A DNA stretch of 64,000 nucleotides from Felis catus (taxonomy: Eukaryota): positions 6,884,001-6,948,000 of the forward strand of contig NC_058383.1 in assembly GCF_018350175.1 (NCBI RefSeq). Reading direction: 5' to 3'. Under the pieces are notes generated by a model that was given only the letters and a program-made list of their open reading frames with translations, did not search any database and had not been told where the DNA came from. A program made the position numbers and the translations under genes. Positions 1 through 12,905 of the stretch are shown in pieces. Each line of letters opens with the position of its first letter. Within the stretch, counting starts at the first letter, position 1.

Positions 1-959
1 ATCCTTGGAAGTTTAGAACTTGTCTCACAGAACCTTAGTACCTGGGCAATGAGAACCTACAGTACAACCTCCTTATGCGATGGACAAGGAGTTGAGAGTG
101 GAAGGGGCTTGCCCATGGCCAAATGAGTGAATGACAGATTGAAGTGAGACCCTCAGATCCAGACTCCTATGACTTCTCCCCAACAACACCGTTCCCTTCT
201 TTTTCCTTCATTTCCTCCATAATATCATGTCTGGTCTGATGTGGCTGTTTCCTGCTTTCCACTCTCTGACTTCTCCAGTGACTCTGTAGGTCACTCTGTG
301 ACTCAGAGACTCTCTGTGGCCTTTGACTACATTCTTGGAAAGAATGCTAAGCTGCAGTTTACAAAGCTGTTCTGGGTAAAGCTGACGGGAGGCCTGGGCC
401 TTGTCCACCTGGCATCGTTGTCTTCTGGTATCTCTTTTCCATCTCCATACGTAGCCCCTGCTTGAAAAGAGCTGTTCCAGTAGGTCACACATGACCCTTT
501 GGCTGATCTTGGAGTTCTCATTCAAGCTGCTGCCTAGTTCCTTCCCCCGCATCTTTCATACTTTAGATATGTCCTGTTCCAACCGAGCAATTCTGTGTAT
601 TGTCTCCCTGTGGGGACTTTGCCTTCCAGGAATATGCTGGAATTCATGGAGAGACTTGCAAGCCCTTGGGAGTGGCTTGTAGAAGGCTCTGGAACAGGAG
701 ATAAGGGCAGCATTAGCAATCAGCAGGCAAGGAAGGAATGGCTGAGCATAAAAAGGCTCTCACTGTCATCCATGGATTTGCAGTATCTTCTTAAGCTCTC
801 TGGCTGGGCATGGTGCTTGATGATGGAAAAATAAAAATAATTATACTTCTGTCAATGTTTCCAACCCATTAGCTATTAATTTCATTCTTCTGAGATCTTT
901 GGAGGTATATGCTCTAGGCAAAAAGCAGAAAGGAGAAGGAAAACTAACATTCAATTATG

Positions 960-1385
960 TGTATTGGAGTAGATGTTTTTGGTGAGCCACACATATCCCT
1001 GAAGACAGTTTCCATGTTTCCTGTGCCTCAGAGACTGAGGAGGCCCTCATGTACTTGGCTCGCTAAGGGACAGGCAGGAAGTGCTAGGCGTTAATGCCCA
1101 AAGCAGCACTCCTTCACAAATAAGAGGTGGGAAGACATCCTAGCTTCCCTTACCCCCAACATAGTTCTGAGGCACATTCTGCATAGTCAGCAAAAGGTAC
1201 CCTGGGGGATTGAACTCCACTTTTCTACAACAGTGACCTGCTTGTGTATACCAGTTCGCATTCTTACCTTCCTTGAGTCACTTCTCCACCCTTTCAGAGT
1301 ACTTCCTGGGATCACCCCCCAAATTAACTATTTACATCCAAATATCTAATTCAGGGTCTACCTCTGGAGAAAATTCAAACTAAGA
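960..1385 (+). mobile_element. Ancient ERVL-type solo LTR (LTR16-like)
   Basis: 3' end cttcctgggatcacccccc...tcagggtctacctctggagaaaattcaaactaaga resembles LTR16 termini; family and start approximate. Confidence 0.55.
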
Positions 1386-1414
1386 GCCCTTTTATGTTCC
1401 AGAGATTTTACATG

Positions 1415-1570
1415 CATTATCTCATTTACTTTTGCATAAGCCATGAAATATGCATCAAATCTTTTTTGGAGATGCTGAGGTTCAGAGAGGTTGAACAGAT
1501 TCCTTGGGGTCACATAGCCAGTATCAGTAAATCATGATTTGAAACTATGTCTGTGTGACTTCTAAGCCTG
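1415..1570 (-). mobile_element. MIR SINE remnant
   Basis: ctgaggttcagagaggttgaa...ggtcacatagccagta...gatttgaaac...tctgtgtgacttctaagcc core. Confidence 0.75.
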
Positions 1571-1901
1571 TTCCATTTCTGCCATTCCATGCTGCTTCAG
1601 GGGAAAGCCCGAGTGAGGGTCAGCAGATCTAAGCTCCAGGTTCAGTTCTTTCTCCACATCAATATGTGACCCTTGGGCAGACCCCTTAGTTGTTCTTGGT
1701 CCAAATCTCATTTGCATTATTACCTCAAGGCTTTTGTGTGGGATGGTCTTCCTCTCATTTATCTCTAAGTTAGGGGTCCTGAAGACCACATTCAAGTACA
1801 GTGATTTGCTAGAAGGACTCACAGAACTCAGTAAAGCTTTTATACTCATGGTTATGGTTTTCTCCAGGAAAAGGATACAGATTAAAATCAGCAAAGATAA
1901 A

Positions 1902-2193
1902 GTGAAATAAGTCAGGCAGAGAAAGACAGATAACATATGTTTTCACTCATATGTGGATCCTGAGAAACTTAACAGAAGACCATGGGGGAGGGGAAAGGGG
2001 AAAAAAAAAAGTTACAGAGAGGGAAGGAGGCAAACCATAAGAGACTCTTAAATACTTAGAACAAACTGAGGGTTGTTGGGGGTGGGGAGAGGGGAAAGTG
2101 GGTGATGGGCATTGAGGAGGACACCTGTTGTGATGAGCACTGGGTGTTGTATGGAAACCAATTTGACAATAAATTATATTAAAAAAATAAAAT
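1902..2193 (+). mobile_element. 5'-truncated carnivore L1 3' end
   Basis: ORF2 end, G-rich 3'UTR, aataaa, A tail; target-site duplication aaaatcagcaaagataaa on both sides. Confidence 0.9.
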
Positions 2194-2552
2194 AAAATCA
2201 GCAAAGATAAAAAGCACATAAGACCCAAACTTTTAGTTGTCCCCTCCCAATGGAGTTGTACAGACAGCCCTGAATCTTCCTAGCAATCATGCATGACAGC
2301 ATGTATGATGTGTTGCCAACAAGCAAAGCTCCCCTGAGCTTGCTGCCCAGGGTTTCTATTGAGGGTTGGTCATGTAAGTGTGGATTGCTTATGTGACTGA
2401 CCTTAGTTATTCTGTTTCCAGCACCTCCAAAGGTCAAACTGATACAGCATGGCCCAAGACCTCTACCATAATTCACATTGTTGGCGTAAACTATCTGGTA
2501 TGGCCCAGATTGCCTAGGTATACAAAGACTCTCATATTAGGCAGCATATTCT

Positions 2553-2892
2553 TTTTTTTTTAATATATGAAATTTATTGTCAAATTGGTTTCCATACAAC
2601 ACCCAGTGTTCATCCCAAAAGATGCCCTCTTCAATGCCCATCACCTCCCCTCCCCTCCCTCCTACCCCCCATCAACCCTCAGTTTGTTCTCAGTTTTTAA
2701 GAGTCTCTTATGCTTTGGCTCTCTCCTACTCTAACCTCTCTCTCTCTTTTTTTTTCCTTCCCTTCCCCATGGGTATCTGTTAAGTTTCTCAGGATCCACA
2801 TAAGAGTGAAAACATATGGTATCTGTCTTTCTCTGTATGGCTTATTTCACTTAGCATCACACTCTCCAGTTCCATCCACGTTGCTACAAAGG
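2553..2892 (-). mobile_element. 5'-truncated felid L1 3' end
   Basis: Poly(T) plus L1 3'UTR; TSD taggcagcatattct at 2538 and 2893. Confidence 0.92.
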
Positions 2893-3029
2893 TAGGCAGC
2901 ATATTCTAAGGGCTTAAAAGTTTTTCCCTTGAGCTGGTCAGGATCCTTTCTTTGGCATGTGTAGGGTTTGGACAACTTGGGCCTGCTGAGTTAACCCTTT
3001 ACTGTATGTTCTTGTAGCTTTTTCTTGTT

Positions 3030-3295
3030 GTTCAAGACTCAAACATGATTTGCTCAGAGAGGCTTTTGCCAACCAGCCACCAATCACTTCCTGTGATTTT
3101 GCTTTTATTTTCATCATTGATCTTATAAATATAATCATTGATCTTATATTTTCTTGTTTATCATCTCCCTCTTCCTTATAGAATGCAAATTATTCAAGAG
3201 TAGGGACTTTGTTGATCATGTTGTATCTCAAATGCCAAGAACAGAGAATGGCAAACAATAAGCACTTAATAAACACTTTTTGACAAATAAAGGAA
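3030..3295 (+). mobile_element. L2 LINE 3' end remnant
   Basis: gagtagggactttg...tgtatctcaaatgccaagaacag...aataagcacttaataaaca pattern. Confidence 0.6.
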
Positions 3296-3804
3296 TCTGG
3301 ACAATGGACTGATTTATAATGTTTTTTCTAGCTTTAAACCACCATTAATCAAGTGAATTGATTTATGTTTTTCTAACAGGATTTTGAATTCTTATAAGGA
3401 AAGACTTTTTCCTATGATTAGGCTACCTGAAAGTTCCTAGGTCTGTGTTAGGCAAGAAAAGATGCCTGAGGAATGCTTGTTCATGTATGGCTTCTTCCTT
3501 CCTTGAATTCCTTATGCTGTCCCGGGACTTTTTCTTCCCCTGCCTTCCCTCTTCTTCCCCTGTTTCGATACTATGATTTGTGAATCATGCCACTTACCTC
3601 ACCTTGGTTTCTCCCATTTTCTGGAGCTCTTTTGTAATGAGCTGGCACTTCCTGAGATGACAAGCATGCCTCTCTTTTAAGAACTATGGCTGTCTGATGA
3701 CCTTACTCTGGCAAGAAGTTCAGAAGATGTCCACTGAAATGAGCCTTGAGGTTTTTTTGTTTTTTGTTTTTTGGCTACAGCAGGCTAGGGATGATGCTAG
3801 CATT

Positions 3805-4915
3805 AGTGCCCTTAGGGCTGCCATAGCAAATTACCATAAGTTGTTGGCTTAAAATGACATAAATTTTACTTGAGTGGCAAGGTCAATAGGGGATGGATCA
3901 TTACTGGTGAAAACCAAATGTGGCCATCATCCCCTTTGCCAGTAATTGGTATAGGAGTGAATGTATGATGCAGTTCTATCCAATGAGACAAAGAGAAATC
4001 TTCTAGGAACTTCTGGGAAACATTTTCTTCCATGATAAGAGAGAAGTGTGTGAAGAGAGAATTCCTTTTACTTCCACCTTCCTTTCCTATGTTTTCCCAT
4101 ATTTATGTGAAGATGTGATGCTCAGAGCTGCCATTTTGCAACCATGAGGGGAGGTACTCTGAGGATGACAGAGTTGAAAGATTAAGGGAGTTTTGTCTTG
4201 AATGACCCCATTGCACCAATCCCGGCACTACCTACTTCCAGAATCCTTTTTATGGGAGATAATTAAGTGTCTTTGTTACTATTATCTGTCTATTACTTGA
4301 AGCCAGACACATCCTTTCCAATATAATTGATATTCTGTGTCTCTTCACATTCCCACATATCCTTGAAATGAACTACCATTACCTAGGGTCACCTAAGCAT
4401 ATCTCTATTCTTTGCAATTTGAAAGAAACTAACTACAACCTATCTTTCTCTTTGTGTGCTGAGACCATACATGAAGAATATTCAAGTCCTCTCATAGTAT
4501 TGAAAGGGAGAGGCTATGTGTGGCCACATCTACTGATCTTGCCTGCCAACTTCTATTCTCTTTTCTTTGGAGGGGGAGAATAAAAGGGGAGCACCCCTTC
4601 CCTACTCCAAGTTCATTTCTTATCAATAGATTGACTCATTCTTCTGCTCTGGGGTTGGGCAGGCCAATCAGAGTCAGAGTGACTGGTTTAGGAGTGAGCA
4701 TGTGCCTGATTCAGACCAATGAGAGTATATTCCTCCCCCTTTTTGGATTACTAAACTATGAGAATGTGAGCTTGGAATTGCTGCTGGCCACCTTGCACTT
4801 TCAGGGGGAAAATGTTGGGGAGTGAAGCCAACATGGTTACTAGAGTCAGAGAATTTCTTTTTCCATTTATGCCCATTTATATTGGGTTTTTATTATTTGT
4901 GAAAGAAAGAGGCCT
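3805..4915. mobile_element. MaLR (MLT1-type) LTR fragments, at least two pieces
   Basis: agggctgccatagcaaattaccataa; ccaatgaga...ttctgggaaa; ttgctgctggccaccttg motifs; boundaries approximate. Confidence 0.55.
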
Positions 4916-5189
4916 CTCTTGACAAGTAATGTCTTATTTTTCCCTTGTCTGTCTCCTAGGAACCCCCATTCTTTCTCCCTACTAGATTATGTTAGTGTTT
5001 CAGGTTGAGGAAAATATATTACATCAAAAGGGTTTGCAGTCTTGGCCCAGCATTTCACCCTTTGGTTTGTTGAGGATAATATTGTCTCTGGCCACCCAGC
5101 TACCCCTTCTTTTCCGTATAAAGGATACTTGGGCTAAGACAGCTTAAACCTGGCCCTTTGCAAATCACAGTGAGCAAGCAGGAGAGTCT

Positions 5190-5488
5190 ACAACAGTGTC
5201 TGATAGGAATACGATGCAAGTCACATAAGCATTTAAAATTTTCTGGTAACCGTCTAAAAAAATGTAAAAGGGAAGAGGTGAAATTGATTTTAATAGTATA
5301 TATTATTTACTGCAATATATCCCAAAGACTATCATTTTCAACATGTGATCAATATAAAAATTTATAATTAAATGTGTAACTTTTTTAATACTAAATATTC
5401 AAAATCCAGTAAATTCATATAATGCTTTATAGCAAATCTCAGTCCAGAAGCTCAATAACCCAGTGCTTACCATATTGGACAGCACAGG
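5190..5488. mobile_element. hAT-Charlie DNA transposon remnant (MER33/MER3-like)
   Basis: Ends ctaccatattggacagcacag-like; internal aatgcaagtcacata...tttaaaattttctggtaacc. Confidence 0.65.
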
Positions 5489-6064
5489 CCTAAGTTTATC
5501 TGGGGAAGGAAAAGAAGCTTGAAAGAGGGTCAAGAATTGAGAAAGGAAAAGTAATGGTCAGGGGGTCAACAGGCCCCCAGACTTAATTTCAAGAGTTTTT
5601 TTGTACAACAGTTGATACCAAGTTGAAAAAGAGCCTTGCGTTCAGATTTTTGCTGTCATGAGGAACATCTTCATGCAGATGACAGTGTAGTTCAGAGCAC
5701 TTGCCCTGACCAATGGCCTGCGTTTGAAATGCACTCTAACATAGATCAGCTGTGTAATGTGGGGCAGGCAGTTCTTTTGCTATGGGGGGAGGGGAAAGTC
5801 CCAAGGAGGGTCACATTAGTTTCAGGCACAGTGGTTCTGTTTTTGTATGCTCCACTCTTTTCAACCCCTATTAAGTTATTCTCCTATGGGAATGAGGGGT
5901 GCCACATCAGCAGAAAAATGGTTCCATTTCCTGCAGAGATACAAAACTTTGGGGACAGCTGAACAGCTACCTCATTCGGAGTGAAAGGAGGAAATGCCCT
6001 CACAGGAAAATTGGCGATGCTGGGCATCAGTCACTCTCAGAAGCAGTATATTCTGCGAAAGGAG

Positions 6065-6458
6065 AATGTTAGCCATTCTGACAGGTGTAAAGGGGTATCT
6101 CATTGTGGTTTTGATTTGTAGTTCCCTGATGATGAGTGATGTGGAGCATTTTTTCATGTGTTGGTTGGCCATCTGGATGTCTTCTTTGGAGAAGTGTCTA
6201 TTCGTGTCTTTTGCCCATTTCTTCACTGGATTATTTGTTTTTTGGGTGTTGAGTTTGATAAGCTCTTTATAGATTTTGGATACTAACCCTTTATCTGATA
6301 TGTCATTTGCAAATATCTTCTCCTATTCTGTCAGTTGCTTTTAGTTTTGCTGATTGTTTCCTTCACTGTGCAGAAGCTTTTTATTTTGATGAGGTCCCAG
6401 TAGTTCATTTTTGCTTTTGTTTCCCTTGCCTCCAAAGACATGTTGAGTAAGAAGTTGC
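6065..6458 (-). mobile_element. Internal L1 ORF2 fragment with no 3'UTR or tail
   Basis: Encodes [20 protein letters not shown]; nearly identical to 14307-14700. Confidence 0.9.
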
Positions 6459-6665
6459 AGCTGGTTTTTTTAAATTTAAATTTAGTTAACATACAGTACA
6501 GTATTGGTTTCAGGAGTAAAATTCAGTGATTCATCACTTACATACAACACCCAGTGCTCATCCCAACAAGTGCCCTCCTTAGTACCAATCACCTATCTAG
6601 CCCATCCCCCACCCACTTCCCCTCCACCAACCCATAGTTTGTTCTCTACCATTAAGAATCTCTAA

Positions 6666-6872
6666 GGATGTCTGGGTGGCTCAGTCAGTTAAATGTCAGA
6701 CTTCAGCTCAGGTCATGATCTCATGGTTCATGGATTCGAGCCTCGTGTCAGGTTCTGTGCTGACAGCTTGAAGCCTGGAGCCTGCTTTGTATTCTGTGTC
6801 TCCCTCTCTTGCTGCCCTCCCCTGCTTGTGCTCTCTCTCTCTCAAAAATAAATGAACACTAAAACAAAAAAA
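6666..6872 (+). mobile_element. CAN-SINE (SINEC)
   Basis: tRNA-derived head, (CT)n tract, aataaa and A tail. Confidence 0.9.
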
Positions 6873-7080
6873 GAGTGTCTTGTGCTTTGTTTCCCTCTCT
6901 CCCCCCTTCCCCACTTCCTAAATGTTTATCTGTCTTGTTTCTTAAATTCCACATATGAGTGAAATCATATGGTATTGCCTTTCTCTGACTGACTTATTTT
7001 GCTTAGCATAATACATTCCAGCTCCATCCATGCCTTTGCAAATGACAAGATTTCATTATTTTTGATGGCTGAGTAATATT

Positions 7081-7134
<54 letters not shown>

Positions 7135-7764
7135 CACTACATCTTATTTATCCATTCATCAGTCAATAGACATTTGGGTTCTCTCCATAGTTTGGCTATT
7201 GTTGATAATGCTGCTATAAACATTGGAGTGCATATATCTCTTCAAATCTGTATTTTTGTATCCTTTGGGTAAATACCTAATAGTGCAATTTCTGGATCAG
7301 AGGGTAGTTCTATTTTTAGTTTTTTTTAAATTTTATTTAAATCCAAGTTAGTCAGCATATGGTGTAATAATGGTTTCAGAAGTAGAATTTAGTGATTCAT
7401 CACTTACCTACAACACCCAGTGCTCAGTCCAACAAGTGCCCTCCTTAGTGTCTGTCACCCATTTAGCCCATCCCCCTACCCACCTTCCCTCCAGCAACCC
7501 TTAGTTTGTTCTATGTATTTAAGAGTGTCTTATGGTTTGCCTCCCTCTCTGTTTTCATCTTATTTTTCCTTCCCTTCCCCTATGTTCATCTGTTGTGTTT
7601 CTGAAATTACACATATGAGTGAGATCATATGGTATTTGCCTTTCTCTGACTGACTAAATAAGTCAACTAAATAAGCTCAGCATAATACATTCTAGTTTTC
7701 TAGTTCCATCCACGTTGTTGCAAATGGTAAGATTTCATTCTTTTTGATTGCTGAGCAATATTCT

Positions 7765-7816
<52 letters not shown>

Positions 7817-8244
7817 TACACACACACATATACACATACATACATGCACCCCATCTTCTTTATTCATTGATGGACATTTGGGATCTTTCCATAATTTGGC
7901 TGTTGTTGATAGTGCTGCTGTAAACAATGGGGTGCATGTACCCCTTCAAATCAGCATTTTTTATATTTATCATTTGGATAAATACCTAGTAGTGCAATTG
8001 CTGCATTGTAGGGTAGCTCTATTTTTAGTTTTTTGAAGAAACTCCATACCGTTCTCTAGAATGGTTGCACCAGTTTGCATTCCCACCAACAGTGCAAGAG
8101 GGTTCCCCTTTCTCCACATCCTCACCAACACCTGTTGTTTCTTGTATTGTTAATTTCAGCCATTCTGACAGCTGTGAGGTGGCAATCTCATTGTGGTTTT
8201 GATTTGTATTTCCCTGATGATGAATGATGTTGAGAATCTTTTCT

Positions 8245-8687
8245 TTTCTTTTTTTTTTAATTAACATTTATTTATTTTGGGGAGAGAGAGAGAGAGAGAC
8301 AAAGTGCAAGTGATGGAGAGGCAGAGAGAGGGAGACACAGAATCCAAAGCAGGCTCCAGGCTCTGAGCTGTCAGCACAGAGCCCGATGTGGGGCTTGAAC
8401 TCATGAACTGCGACATCATGACCTGAGCTGAAGTCGGACACTTAACCGACTGAGCCACCCAGGCGCCCCTCTTTTCTTTTTTTTTTAAGTTTATTTATTT
8501 TTTTGAAAGAGAGAGAGAGAACAGGGAAGGGGCAGAGGGAGAGTATGAGAGAGAATTCCAACCAAGCAGGCTCTGTGCTGTCAACACAGAGCCTGATGTG
8601 GGGCTTGATCTTATGAACTGTGAGATCATGACCTGAGCCCAAATCAAGAGTCGAACGCTTAACCAACTGAGCCACCCAGGCACCCCA
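8245..8687 (-). mobile_element. Two adjacent CAN-SINEs (about 8245-8469 and 8470-8687)
   Basis: Each has T tail, (GA)n tract and ...gagccacccaggcgcccc head; flanked by repeated ag(a/c)atcttttc. Confidence 0.92.
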
Positions 8688-10194
8688 GAGCATCTTTTCA
8701 TGTGGCTATTAGCTAACTGGATGTCTTCTTTGGAAAATGTTTATTCCTGTCTTCACTCATTTCTTAACTGGGCCCTTTGTTTTTGGGTGTTGAGTTTGAT
8801 AAGTTCTTTATAGATTTTGGATATTAACCCTTTATCAGATCTGTCATTTGCAAATATCTTCTCCCATTCTGTAGACTGCATTTTAGTTTGGTTGATTGTT
8901 ACCTTTGCCATGCAGAAGTGTTTTATCTTAATGAGGTCCCAATAGTTGATGTTTGCTCTTGTTTCCCTTACCTTTGGTAGCGTGTCTAGTAAGAAGTTGC
9001 TGTGGCTGAGGCCAAAGAGGTTGCTGCCTGTGTTCTCCAGGATTTTGATGGTTTCCTGTTTCACATTTAAGTCCATGCCTTTTGAATTTATTTTTGTGTG
9101 TGATGAAAGAAAATGTTCTAGTTTCATTCTTCTGCATGTTGCTGTCCAGTTTAACCAACACTATTTGTTGAAGAGCCTGTCTTCTTTCCATTGGATATTC
9201 TTTCCTGCTTTATTAAAGATTAGTTGGCCATATAGTTGTGGGTCCATTTCTGGGTTCTCTATTCTGTTGCATTGATCTATGTATCTGTTTTTGTACCAGT
9301 ACCATGTAGTTCTGATGACTACAACTTTGTAATATAGCTTGAAATTTGGAAACGTGATGCCTCCAGTTTTGTTCTTCTTTTACAGAATTGCTTTGGCTAT
9401 TTGGAGTCTTTTGTAGTTCCATACAATTTTAGGATTGTTTGTTCTAGTTCTGCAAAAAATGCTCGTGGTACTTTGCATTAATATTTATTTTTAAAAACAT
9501 TGTGTTAGAATATAATCTGATTGCATTAGAACATTTATCTGCTAAGATTTTTGGCAATTTGGGGGATGGAATGCCTTACTCTCCTCACCCTGGTCACAGC
9601 CCTGCCTAGAAGTCCCAACTGAATTTTATAAACACACTGTATGGGGAGAGAATGAGCTCTCCCTACTCCTGTTTTTGGTTTCTTTGGAATTTACCTCTTC
9701 TTGGCCTAGTATGCATGACCTTTAGGATAACCGTTTAAAGACAAAATCTGCCCAGACTAGAAGAAAGAGGATGAGAAAGATCTCAACCAAATAGGGCTTT
9801 AGATCCTATGGGGGTGGGGAAAAGTGGGTTGTGGTGGTCCTGCTCCTGGCGCTGTGTTTACATAGCTGGACAGACACTGCAGGCTCCTAGTAGAACCCTG
9901 GAAATGAAGTCTCTAAACATTTATGACCTCAGTGGCTCCTCACAGACCAGGCAGTAAAAAGAGCCATTTAAACATAATTGATAAGAAGGAATAATGTAAA
10001 CTGTTCATATCCAGTAAACTCCCAACTTTCTAATTATTTTGTCCATTAAAACTTGAACTCACATTTCTTCCTCTTGCTCAAAGAAAATACATTACCCAAT
10101 CTGGGGTTACTCTATAACTCTTGTCCTCTCTCAGCCACGAGTTGAACTGTTTATGAGTTTATACTGAGTCAACATTTGTAGAGGACCTGTGAGG

Positions 10195-10440
10195 GTCAGG
10201 TATCTGGTTGGCCAAGGTCACATGTTCTCTTAGTTCAAAGCCACTTTGAACCAGACTTGCAGATCTAGGCCCCAAGTCCCTGTAGGTCATGCCCTGGGCC
10301 TGGTCTGGTCCTCCTTTTGGAAGGGAAATAATTATTAACAGGTTAGTTAGGTAACTGTGGCTGAGGGTGTTTAAATAACTCATACAGGGTCTGAGTATCA
10401 GTCAATTCTGTGGATCCCTATTTGCTGACTGTTTACACAA
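10195..10440. promoter_or_regulatory. Candidate liver enhancer, CLEM4-like
   Basis: Within 250 bp: CCAAGGTCA (NR5A/ERR type, 10212), GTCACATG USF-type E-box (10217), paired HNF4-like sites (10232-10252), HNF1-like aataattattaac (10327-10339), FOXA-like tatttgct and tgtttac (10419-10436). Confidence 0.6.
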
Positions 10441-10554
10441 TAGGGAGCATGGATATCCCTGGAGTCTACAGAAAGTTCAGGGCCCACCTGGGCCAGGTTC
10501 CCTATTACATCCTTCCTTGTCCCTCTCCATCTCTAGCATGTTCTCTCAGAATCT

Positions 10555-10920
10555 TTTTTTATTTAAATTCCAGTTAGTTAACATACAGTGTAATATCAGT
10601 TTCAGATGTACGATTTAGTGATTCACACTTAAATATATCATGACAAATGCCCTTTTTAATCTCCATCACATATTTAACCCATTCCCTGCACTCACCTCCC
10701 CTCTGGTAACCATCAGTTTCTTTTCTATAGTTAAGAGTCTGTTTTATGGTTTGACTCTCTCTTTTTTTCCCCTATGATCGTTTAGTTTCTTAAATTCCGC
10801 ATATGAATGAAATCATGTATTTGTCTTTCTCTGACTGACTTATTTCACTTAGCATAATGCTCTCTAGCTCATTGCAAATGGTAAGATTTCATTCTTTTTT
10901 GTGGCAAAATAATATTCCAA

Positions 10921-10969
<49 letters not shown>

Positions 10970-12030
10970 CGCCTCCTCTTCTTTACCCATTCATCAATCG
11001 ATGGTTGATGGACATTTGGGTTCTTTCCATAATTTCTCTGTTGTAGATAATGCTGCTATAAACATAGGGGTGCACATATCCCTTTGAGTTAGTATTTTTG
11101 TATTCTTAAAAAAATTTTTTTTAATGTTTATTTTTGAAAGAGAGAGTATGAGCAGGGAAGGGGCAGAGAGAGAGGGCGACACAGAAACCAAAGCAGGCTC
11201 CAGGCTCTGAGCTGTCAGCACAGAACCTGACACGGGGTTTTAACTCATGATTCCCGAGATCATGACCTGAGCTGAAGTTGGATGCTCAACTGACCAAGGC
11301 ACCCAGGTGCCCCAGTACTTTTGTATTCTTTAGGTAATTGCTGGACCATAGGATAGTTCTAATTTTAACTTTATGAGGAAACTCCATACTGTTTTTCTTT
11401 TTTTTTCCCAATATATGAAATTTATTGACAAATTGGTTTCCATACAACACCCAGTGCTCACTCCAAAAGGTGCCCTCCTCAACACCCAAGTGACTGTACC
11501 AGTTTGTGTTCCCACTGACGTACGAGAGGGTTCCCCTTTCAGGGCATCTGGGTGGCTCACTAGGTTGAATGTCCAACTCTTGATTTCGGCTTAGGTCATG
11601 ATCTCACATTTGTGGGATAGAGCCCCATGTTGGGCTCTGTGATGACATTGTGGAGCCTGCTTGGAATTCTCCCTCTGCCTTTTTCTCTGCCCCTCCCCTG
11701 ATTGTGCTCCCTCCCCTGGTCTCAAAATCAATAAATATTGTTTTAAAAAAACATTCCCCATTCTCCATTCTCCACATCCTTGCCAACACCTTTTGTTTTT
11801 TGTATTAATTTTAGACATTCTAACAGATGTGAGGTATCTCATTGTAGTTTTGATTTGTATTTCCCTGGTGATGAGTGATATTGAACATCTTTTCATATGT
11901 CTGTTAGCCATCTGTATGTCTTCTTTGGAAAGTGTCTATTCATGTGTTCTGCCCATTTTTAATTGGATTATTTGTTTTGGGGGCATTGCATTTTACAAGT
12001 TCTTTATATATTTTGGATGCTATTTTCTCT
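10555..12030 (-). mobile_element. Older carnivore L1 3' segment with SINEs at ~11108-11313 (-) and ~11542-11750 (+) and a ~95-bp young L1 tail at ~11396-11490
   Basis: L1 3'UTR and ORF2 C-terminal similarity ([21 protein letters not shown]). Confidence 0.88.
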
Positions 12031-12034
12031 CAGA

Positions 12035-12386
12035 TTCTTAACCATTTTGGTTGCACAAAGTTGAGATCCCAGAAATTTTACACTTGATAAACACTAGTGT
12101 GGTAGAGCCCCTCCTTAAGGAATGTGGTGAAAACCTCAAGACATGGGAGGGCAACCTGGCTATGTGTGCATATGTGACTATGTAACATAGACCGCCCAAT
12201 CAGGCTGTATGTCTGTATGTTACCATTTATGGGAGACAAAGACATAGAAATTGTGTAAAAGACTACACCCTACCATGCTCAGGGCTCAGTTTTTCGGGTA
12301 TGATCCCACTGAACCTGTGCTAGCAGGAATAACTTTGCTTCCTGGAAAGAAAAGCCTCAGTGTCACAATTCTTGGTCCTGTTACAC
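12035..12386 (+). mobile_element. Probable ERV LTR 3' portion
   Basis: CCAAT box, ctcagggctcag R-like stretch, aataac polyA-like signal, ends ...gttaca; family not identified. Confidence 0.45.
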
Positions 12387-12413
12387 TAGGATAGCTATAA
12401 AAATAAAAAAAGG

Positions 12414-12632
12414 GGGGTGCCGGGGTGGCTCAGTCAGTTGAGCATCCAACTCTTGGTTTCACCTCAGGTCATGATCTCATGGTTTGTGGGATGGAGCACC
12501 ATGTGGGTCTCTGTGCTGAGCATGGAACCTGCTTGGGATTCTTTCTCTCCCTCTCCCCCTTTCCCTTGCTTTCTCTCTCTCTCTCTCTCAAATTAAAAAA
12601 AAAAATGTTAAGAAAAATAAAAAGATAAAAAA
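12414..12632 (+). mobile_element. CAN-SINE
   Basis: SINEC head, (CT)n, A-rich tail. Confidence 0.88.
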
Positions 12633-12905
12633 GGAAAATAGCAAGTATTGGTGAGGTTGTGGACAAAATGAACCCTCATACATCATTGGTGGGAACATAA
12701 GATGGTGTAGCCACTGTGAAATACAGTTTGGCAGTTCTTCAGAAACTTAAACATAGAACTACTATATGACCCACCAATTCTACTCCTAGTTAAAAACCTA
12801 AGAAAATTGACAAGTTTCTCAAAGAAACACATCTACCTGTATGTTCATAGCAGCACTATTCACAAGAGCCAAAAGGTGGAAACAATGGAAATTAATGGAT
12901 GAATG

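Larger units (their letters stand above)
1765..3007. mobile_element. MER21-like LTR interrupted by two short L1 3' ends
   Basis: ggggtcctgaagaccac...gatttgctagaaggactcacagaactcag...aaaggatacagattaaaatcagcaaag signature. Confidence 0.65.
6465..9475 (-). mobile_element. Two tandem or nested older carnivore L1 3' segments (tails at ~6465 and ~7318) containing SINEs and (TG)n, (TA)n(CA)n tracts
   Basis: L1 3'UTR and decayed ORF2 C-terminus (ORF track 8753-9127). Confidence 0.88.

Noticed and set aside
200..850. Non-repetitive stretch with several overlapping short ORFs (208-552, 241-465, 327-521, 595-834)
   Set aside because: No recognisable protein family, no convincing splice structure; not CYP or olfactory-receptor-like by eye. 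A tBLASTx search would settle it
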